Below are positions 57,992 to 64,000 of a stretch of DNA of 64,000 bases, piece by piece. A program made the translations under genes and the position numbers. The stretch spans positions 167,671-231,670 of the forward strand of contig CAZDWN010000002.1 in assembly GCA_964509365.1 (NCBI GenBank). Direction: 5' to 3'. The notes under the pieces are model-generated. The model saw only the letters and a program-made list of their open reading frames with translations. It had not been told where the DNA came from and did no database searches. Numbering within the stretch: the stretch's first letter is position 1; the number at the start of each line of letters is the position of its first letter. Origin of the DNA: an uncultured Pseudomonadales bacterium. GTDB lineage: Bacteria > Patescibacteriota > Microgenomatia > UBA1400 > UBA12028.

Positions 57992-59473
57992 TTGCCTCAT
58001 ATAATCGCGACAGTACCTGCTAGTGATAAAGAGCAACCTATGGAACCAAATTCGATGAAAGCTCAACCACAGAGAACACTTCGGATTGCAGGGATTGCTC
58101 TAGGATTACTTCTCATCATTGTCACTGCCAGTGCATTTTCCCGTACTGATTCGTCATTCGTTTCCCAAGCATATGGGACATTTCGCTCATGGACTTTGCG
58201 TCTTGGTGATCGTCGCCTCGTGCAGTGTCTTGATGGTGAAGTGCAAGCGACACCTGAAAATCCAACCTCAAAGAAATCAATGTATATCTCGTGTGTTGCA
58301 AAGCTTATGACACCGGCGCCAACTGGTATGTCCATGCAGCCTACCTCAAATCCTATCGCGAGTAGTACACCTGCTCCGTTGACGCATGAGACTGCATTTG
58401 GAAAATGTGGAGAGCCAAATGATCGTTGGCATCCACCGGTCATCACACAAAAATATGCAGATTCAGTACGACTTGTCGCCCCAAACATCCAAGTTGGATG
58501 TGCGACTGGTCATACGCATGGCGATGAGCCACCGTCATGGATTGCAAACGCTCCAGACGTCACCGGGCTTCGCTACACTGGACATCTTGGCAATTTGAAT
58601 ACGGCAGGAATTGAAAATCTCTCAGGGATGACGGGGATGATGCTCAATGGGAAGCACACGTCGATGAAAGGATACTTGGCTACATTTCCAACAAGAGATG
58701 GACAGAAGGAAACCGTCTATTTCCGGCACCATTTCTCTTCTGTCCCATCTGAGCGATTTGGACAGTATCACTCGATCGAATGGTGGATCAAAGATGCGAC
58801 TGGAGCAGTCTCTCATGGCCAATCGTGGACAGATGTCGGTGATCCACTTTCAGGATCGCGTTGTGAGATGGTACCTGGCATGACTGAAGATCGATGTAAA
58901 TCGTTGACGGATGCGACGAATGAGCCACTCCTGTTGGTGGTGAATGATGAGACCCGCAAGACCGGTCGCACGTGCGAAGTGTGGTACAACGAAGGCTTTG
59001 GATTCTTCAGTGCCGCATTAATCGATTGTGATGTGCAAGTCGATTACAGCCGATCATTGGAAAGTACCAGTACTGATGCATTTAACACTGCCAATTGGGC
59101 AGGTCGTATTCACGGCAAAGGTCTTGCAAACGAGCAGTTGGATACAGCGCACGCATATCTTGGAGACAACGGCACTCCAAATACGCATACGGAGTACCCT
59201 CGAGGGACTCTGTTCTGGACGAATCAATTCGGAAAGTTGATTGGCACAGGGACGACGATGCCGGATAAATTGGAGTGTAGAGGCCAGGTCATCACAGGAC
59301 CAAATGGCAAAGACTATCCAAGTGTTTGTCTCTCGCAGTATATTCAATCGACACTCAAATCGATCACGTTTCCAGGCAACTCTACCGCAGGTCGCGATTA
59401 TGGACACAGTTATATCGATGCAAACGGCACGACCGTAAACGTCGACACGTCAGGCGTCCAAGTACCAAACTAA
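57992..59473 (+). CDS. Hypothetical secreted or membrane-anchored protein (493 aa)
   Basis: N-terminal TM/signal LRIAGIALGLLLIIVTASAFS. Cys-containing, no known domain. Confidence 0.45.
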   Translation: MPHIIATVPASDKEQPMEPNSMKAQPQRTLRIAGIALGLLLIIVTASAFSRTDSSFVSQAYGTFRSWTLRLGDRRLVQCLDGEVQATPENPTSKKSMYISCVAKLMTPAPTGMSMQPTSNPIASSTPAPLTHETAFGKCGEPNDRWHPPVITQKYADSVRLVAPNIQVGCATGHTHGDEPPSWIANAPDVTGLRYTGHLGNLNTAGIENLSGMTGMMLNGKHTSMKGYLATFPTRDGQKETVYFRHHFSSVPSERFGQYHSIEWWIKDATGAVSHGQSWTDVGDPLSGSRCEMVPGMTEDRCKSLTDATNEPLLLVVNDETRKTGRTCEVWYNEGFGFFSAALIDCDVQVDYSRSLESTSTDAFNTANWAGRIHGKGLANEQLDTAHAYLGDNGTPNTHTEYPRGTLFWTNQFGKLIGTGTTMPDKLECRGQVITGPNGKDYPSVCLSQYIQSTLKSITFPGNSTAGRDYGHSYIDANGTTVNVDTSGVQVPN

Positions 59474-59474
59474 T

Positions 59475-59771
59475 ATGAGTAGCAGGACAAAAATTGTTGC
59501 ACTATGCATCATCGTGCTCACAGCTGCCAGTTTCCTCGCCTGGCGTGAGCAGTCCACGGCACAGACTCTCTATTGTTTCAATTCGCGCGCCGATATGACG
59601 AGCCGGATTTTGATTCGCTCAGGCGAAGTAACATCAAATGGCTATACGTGTGAGTGTGCCTTCGATCAGTCTCAACGCAAGCTGATTGGCAAGTGGTATT
59701 CCATTGACTCTTCGTCACATGAAATGAAATATCTTCGTTCTTCTGACTGTGTCTCAGAATACGTTAAGTGA
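59475..59771 (+). CDS. Small secreted Cys-containing hypothetical protein
   Basis: 98 aa with a signal-like N-terminus and 4 Cys. Its start lies 2 nt after the stop of the upstream gene. Confidence 0.35.
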   Translation: MSSRTKIVALCIIVLTAASFLAWREQSTAQTLYCFNSRADMTSRILIRSGEVTSNGYTCECAFDQSQRKLIGKWYSIDSSSHEMKYLRSSDCVSEYVK

Positions 59772-59856
59772 TCCCCATCACATTTGCCACTTGTTTGCTC
59801 CTTTTACTTACTGATACTGTTATCGCAGTATTAAGCTAACAAGGAGCAGCCAGGTT

Positions 59857-60639
59857 ATGTACACCTCACTACTTTCCAAAAGATTCTTCGGAGCATCAGT
59901 CGGTCTGATGACTCTAGCAGGGGCACTTATTGCACCTGCATCTGCATTTGCATCACCAGTTCGTCAGCAGCAGCTCACGGGAATTTGGGGTGTCAATGAT
60001 GATAATGGTGGTTCAGGAAACTGTGTCAGCCCTTCGACTGCAACCTTTACCTTAAACTTCGTCCATTCAGGGGCACTTATCATTGCAGGCATCGGTTACA
60101 AAGGTGCATACACTTCGACAGTTCCTGCTCCTACAGATAGTGAAGGAAACACGTACTCACTGATCGTGTCAAATGGAGTGAATGCAGGATCCAATTCATC
60201 AAGGTCGATGGCCATGTATTCGACAGTCGCGCAGACTGGTGGAACCATGCACTTTACCGTTGAATGTCCTCCAAACCAAGGAAATGCCAACATGTTGCCA
60301 CAAGTCGTGATCTCTGAGGTGGTTGGTCAAGATTCGACATCTCCTATTCGACATGTCTTAGGTGGGACAGGCAACTCAGCCAGTCCAAACTTTGGAATCT
60401 TGTCGACATCACTCTGGTCATCAGGAAACTTGTTCTTGGCTGATCTCATGTCTGTGAATGAAGTTGGTACACCAAGTACTGATACAGGCTGGAATCAGAC
60501 ATGCGTGCAAGGAAGTCTCAAAGGGAGCATCTGTACGATATTCAAGTCACTAGATTCGTCTGACGTGAACACCACGTTTGGTGCACTCTATCTTCCTTCA
60601 AGCAAGTTGTATGCAGAAACAGGAGTCGTAATCCAATAG
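59857..60639 (+). CDS. Hypothetical secreted protein (260 aa)
   Basis: AAGGAG SD 7 nt upstream and a signal peptide (LMTLAGALIAPASAFA). The terminator follows. Confidence 0.45.
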   Translation: MYTSLLSKRFFGASVGLMTLAGALIAPASAFASPVRQQQLTGIWGVNDDNGGSGNCVSPSTATFTLNFVHSGALIIAGIGYKGAYTSTVPAPTDSEGNTYSLIVSNGVNAGSNSSRSMAMYSTVAQTGGTMHFTVECPPNQGNANMLPQVVISEVVGQDSTSPIRHVLGGTGNSASPNFGILSTSLWSSGNLFLADLMSVNEVGTPSTDTGWNQTCVQGSLKGSICTIFKSLDSSDVNTTFGALYLPSSKLYAETGVVIQ

Positions 60640-60669
60640 TCGATAGAGACTGGAGATAGAACGAAATCG

Positions 60670-60700
60670 AAATCCCCCGGAGCAATCCGGGGGATTTTTT
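60670..60700. terminator. Bidirectional rho-independent terminator (AAATCCCCCGG-agcaa-TCCGGGGGATTTTTT)
   Basis: Perfect 10-11 bp GC-rich stem with a 5-nt loop and a T-tract, placed between two convergent genes. Confidence 0.7.
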
Positions 60701-60734
60701 AATGAGAATGAAAGTTACGGACAGACATAGTCAG

Positions 60735-62648
60735 CTATTTTGCATAAACTTTTTTGATTGATTTTGACCATTTTGGTTGCGTTTTTATTTTCAATGTATT
60801 TCCGTAAGTTCCCAAAGTGCAGATATTTCCCCCAGCGACTCTAAAAAAGTACGTCGTGTTCGGACGCAATGAGCCGATTTTTCTTGAAAGTACTCCCGTA
60901 CTGCTTCCTTGATCCCAGATATCACCGAACAAAAACGAGTTCTCTTTCTCACCATACGAAACAGAGTAAAATGACACTGGGCTTCGCACAGGAGAGAAGT
61001 AGAGTTGAGCCGAGTTTGAGCTCACATTTGCTTGAAAGAGGAAGGGACTCCCAAAGGGTGGAAATGCCGTACAGACAAATGGACCTGGAGTTGAGTTAGT
61101 GGATTGAGACGAAGTAGACGAGGATGAACCTGACGACGATACCTCAGTCTGCAAAAGTTTGATGAGATACCCGTCTGGATTTCCGTCATTTGCACCCGCA
61201 GTGTGTATATCCGCTTCTGCAAATGGATTAAAGTCTGCGACTCCGATGACAGAGCCGGCGAAATAAATCGAATTGGCAGCATCAATGACGATTGCTCTAT
61301 CTGTGTTTGCATAGAAGTAGTCTCCTACGGTCCGAGTGCCACCGAAAGTGTAACTGGCAAGATACGTTCCGTCACTGGAGAATTTGCTGACAAACACATC
61401 GTCACCTCCGCCTGCAGTCTGGATATCGGTCCCGGCAGTAGGGTCCAGATCGACCGTCTCCTCAAAATTGCCAACCATATACACGTTGTTCCCAGAATCA
61501 GTTATCACGCTGTACCCATTATCATAGTTATTGCCTCCGACTGCACGGCTGTATCCATACGTTCCATCTGGCATGATTTTAGTGAGAAAGCTATCTGACT
61601 GACCGTGTGACGTAAAATTGTCCACCCCACCCGTCGGATCTAGATCTACTGTATCTCCAAACCAACCAGTCAAATAAACGGCACCTTGCGAGTCTGTAGT
61701 GATACCGTACACCTCATCATCGTTGGCATTTCCGATGGTATACGTGTACGCGTAGGATCCGTCTGCATTGAATTTCATTAAAAAACCGTCCAAACCTCCA
61801 TTACTCACATGCGTATCGGTACCGCTTGTCGGATCAAAGTCGACACTATCTCCGTAGTAGCCACCAACATAGATAGTGTTGTTCCCGTCGACAGCCAATG
61901 AAGTCGACGATTCTTGAGTCGCTCCACCCCAGGTGTACGTGTACCCGTAACTACCGTCACTGAGGATTTTCGTGAGGAATGCGTCGTTGCCGGCAATAGC
62001 AGCATGCACATCCGTGCCACCACTCGGATCAAAGTCAATCGACTGCTGAAATGTGCCCGTGATATACAGGGCATTGGTACTATCAAAAGCCAGAGAGCGG
62101 GAATAGTCACCATAGATGCCGCCGAGCGTAAAGGTACGATCGTATGTCCCGTTTGCATGAATTTTGGTGACAAAGATATCATAGTCGCCGTTCGACGTAT
62201 GCTCATCAGTGCCGGCGGTAGGGTCAAAGTCGACGGTCTCATTAAATTGACCTGTCACGTACACTTCCCCATTTCCGTCTATCGCGATGGAACTATCTGA
62301 GTCAGTAGTCGCATTTCCCCAAGAATAACTGTACGCATAACTGCCATCATTGTTCAGTTTCGTCAAAAATATGTCCGTTCCTCCATTGCTGGTATGCATA
62401 TCTGTACCACTCGTCGGATCTAGATCGACCGTATCAGAAAAATACCCGAGCATATAGATATTTCCAGATTGATCTTTGGCGATGGAGTCAACGGAATCGG
62501 TCGAAATCCCCCCGATATTGTATCCATAACCGTAGGAAGTCGTACTGGCCGCTTGAGTTGATCTTCGGGGGTAAAAAATGAGTGAGATAAAAAGGCACGA
62601 AAGCATCAATGCTATTAGCACTGCATGCAGTCGATTCAGTTTCATCAT
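60735..62648 (-). CDS. Secreted SBBP-repeat beta-propeller protein with a C-terminal FN3 domain
   Basis: Signal peptide. About ten repeats of the type Y.TG.F...[VI]DFDP[TS].G[TV]D.H.S.G..D.F[LV]TK[IL]..DG[ST]Y.Y[TS]...GG match the SBBP pattern. The C-terminal domain YFSPVRSPVSFYSVSYGEK...PNTTYFFRVAGGN is FN3-like. Confidence 0.6.
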   Translation of the reverse strand: MMKLNRLHAVLIALMLSCLFISLIFYPRRSTQAASTTSYGYGYNIGGISTDSVDSIAKDQSGNIYMLGYFSDTVDLDPTSGTDMHTSNGGTDIFLTKLNNDGSYAYSYSWGNATTDSDSSIAIDGNGEVYVTGQFNETVDFDPTAGTDEHTSNGDYDIFVTKIHANGTYDRTFTLGGIYGDYSRSLAFDSTNALYITGTFQQSIDFDPSGGTDVHAAIAGNDAFLTKILSDGSYGYTYTWGGATQESSTSLAVDGNNTIYVGGYYGDSVDFDPTSGTDTHVSNGGLDGFLMKFNADGSYAYTYTIGNANDDEVYGITTDSQGAVYLTGWFGDTVDLDPTGGVDNFTSHGQSDSFLTKIMPDGTYGYSRAVGGNNYDNGYSVITDSGNNVYMVGNFEETVDLDPTAGTDIQTAGGGDDVFVSKFSSDGTYLASYTFGGTRTVGDYFYANTDRAIVIDAANSIYFAGSVIGVADFNPFAEADIHTAGANDGNPDGYLIKLLQTEVSSSGSSSSTSSQSTNSTPGPFVCTAFPPFGSPFLFQANVSSNSAQLYFSPVRSPVSFYSVSYGEKENSFLFGDIWDQGSSTGVLSRKIGSLRPNTTYFFRVAGGNICTLGTYGNTLKIKTQPKWSKSIKKVYAK

Positions 62649-62794
62649 GCTAGCGTATCATGCGAAGATGATCTCTGTCACAAATATTTGCGGGAGCGAA
62701 ACTGCGATTAGCACAAATGGCCTTGGCTTCCAGCAACTTTTGATACGATATAATACTTTCGATCCGCCAATCTGTATTCACTGGAGGAGCTACT

Positions 62795-63556
62795 ATGAGT
62801 ATCAAAGAAAAAAATTCAGGCATTCGAATTCAGGCTAAACCAGTTCTAGATATACCGTATGCACCGGGGCTCATTGAATTTCTGAGGTCGGATAAAAACC
62901 AGCGACAGAAAAAACTCGGAGCATATGAAGAACTTCCGGAGTTTGTTCAAACCGAGATACTGATCGCACCAATATCCTACGAAGATTTTTCAAAACGGTA
63001 TACCATATCCCCTCACGTTGAGAAACTACTTGGATACGTGCACAGCCGCAAAAGATTCGAGGAAAGTTCTCGAGATCTTCTAGCCGCGATTCGATCCAGA
63101 CGAGAGCTCCTTTTAGATTCGATTCCAGCTGGCGAGATCATTGAGCTTTTGGTTGCGCAACATGGGCATCTCCAAGAATATGCTCTGCAGACTACACTTC
63201 GTGACGTCGGGAGTGCCGCTGAAAATATTATCATTCTTGAGGAAATGCTAGGAGATCAGTTACTAGAGGAATGCATTCAAGCAGGATTGATTGCGGAACG
63301 GTTCAAAATTGAGACAGAAGTTAATGCGCTTCTTTTGGTCGAAAATCGAAAACTGGGTGAGTATGCGGATAGACTTGAAGACAGTCTCTCCTATATTCAT
63401 TTTGATCGACGAGATCGTGAAATTCAGTTGGCTTCACCAAAAGTGGATGTTGCCATCATCGATGAGATGCGAGCGCGAACAAACTATGTCAAAGATCTCT
63501 TAAAGATGAAAAGTGATGAGATATACGGCATTTCGTACTTTCGAAGAGACTCTTGA
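62795..63556 (+). CDS. Hypothetical protein (253 aa)
   Basis: Clean ORF with no recognizable domain. Confidence 0.35.
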   Translation: MSIKEKNSGIRIQAKPVLDIPYAPGLIEFLRSDKNQRQKKLGAYEELPEFVQTEILIAPISYEDFSKRYTISPHVEKLLGYVHSRKRFEESSRDLLAAIRSRRELLLDSIPAGEIIELLVAQHGHLQEYALQTTLRDVGSAAENIIILEEMLGDQLLEECIQAGLIAERFKIETEVNALLLVENRKLGEYADRLEDSLSYIHFDRRDREIQLASPKVDVAIIDEMRARTNYVKDLLKMKSDEIYGISYFRRDS

Positions 63557-64000
63557 GAGCACTTGTGAACTGAAGGAACTTCGTGAGCAGGTATGCAAGC
63601 GCAACGAACGGGATGAAGAGGTGGGATCGGGCTTGGTAGCCAAAACCCACCTCAGCAGCAAAGGATGCCTTCTGCCTTTTGTGAACTCACTGGTTCTGGG
63701 GTGGAACACTTTCTTAGAAGTTGTATTGAAATAACTGATAAAGTACAGAAAATCACAAAACTCTTGAACGCCGAGATAGGTTCGCCGCATAGGTAAAACT
63801 ATGAAACAGTTTATTAAAATCAGCATCAGTGGAGTGATAGATATTGTCCCCTTCAAAAAAATCTACGAGCGTTTCATATATTCTCGCTAATTCTTTCAGT
63901 CGTAATGTATTTTTTTTGTCATCCAAGCTATATGAAAGTAGTTCCAACGCACGATAAAATGCTTGTCTTGAATATGCTTGATTACCTTTCTGTTTCCACT

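Overview
This 64-kb window looks like a compact, gene-dense bacterial chromosome segment. GC is moderate and the standard code 11 applies, since TGA terminates secA and TAA terminates atpD. No rRNA, tRNA, CRISPR array, integrase or transposase was seen. From 1 to about 26 kb the genes are housekeeping: argS (partial), rarA, secA, a 45-aa lysine-rich histone-like protein, serS behind an apparent T-box leader, a lysS-HD-domain fusion, greA, and an F1Fo ATP synthase operon (atpB-E-F-H-x-A-G-D ... atpC) that has a frameshifted delta gene and extra small ORFs. From about 26.0 to 51.3 kb every gene is on the minus strand and the region reads as an accessory surface island: secreted or membrane-anchored hydrolase megaproteins of 717 to 2382 aa. 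They are built from shuffled modules: five paralogous purple-acid-phosphatase-like metallophosphatase domains, a PLC/AcpA-type phosphoesterase, GH99-like TIM-barrel domains, DNRLRE, Cna-B/SdrD-B, CarboxypepD_reg, LamG-like and FN3 repeats, joined by Pro/Thr linkers. Two small membrane-anchored degenerate cupredoxin-like proteins are interleaved with the three giants. From 52 to 64 kb there is a cytoplasmic metallophosphoesterase, a two-component system, an FAD-oxidoreductase-Rieske gene split by one in-frame TAA, a UDPGP-family pyrophosphorylase-like gene, several secreted hypothetical proteins and an SBBP beta-propeller protein. A roughly 60-nt double-hairpin repeat occurs twice: once in-frame in the lysS-HD linker and once in the atpE-atpF spacer. 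The streamlined content and the giant surface proteins suggest a Patescibacteria/CPR-like organism, but that is inference only.
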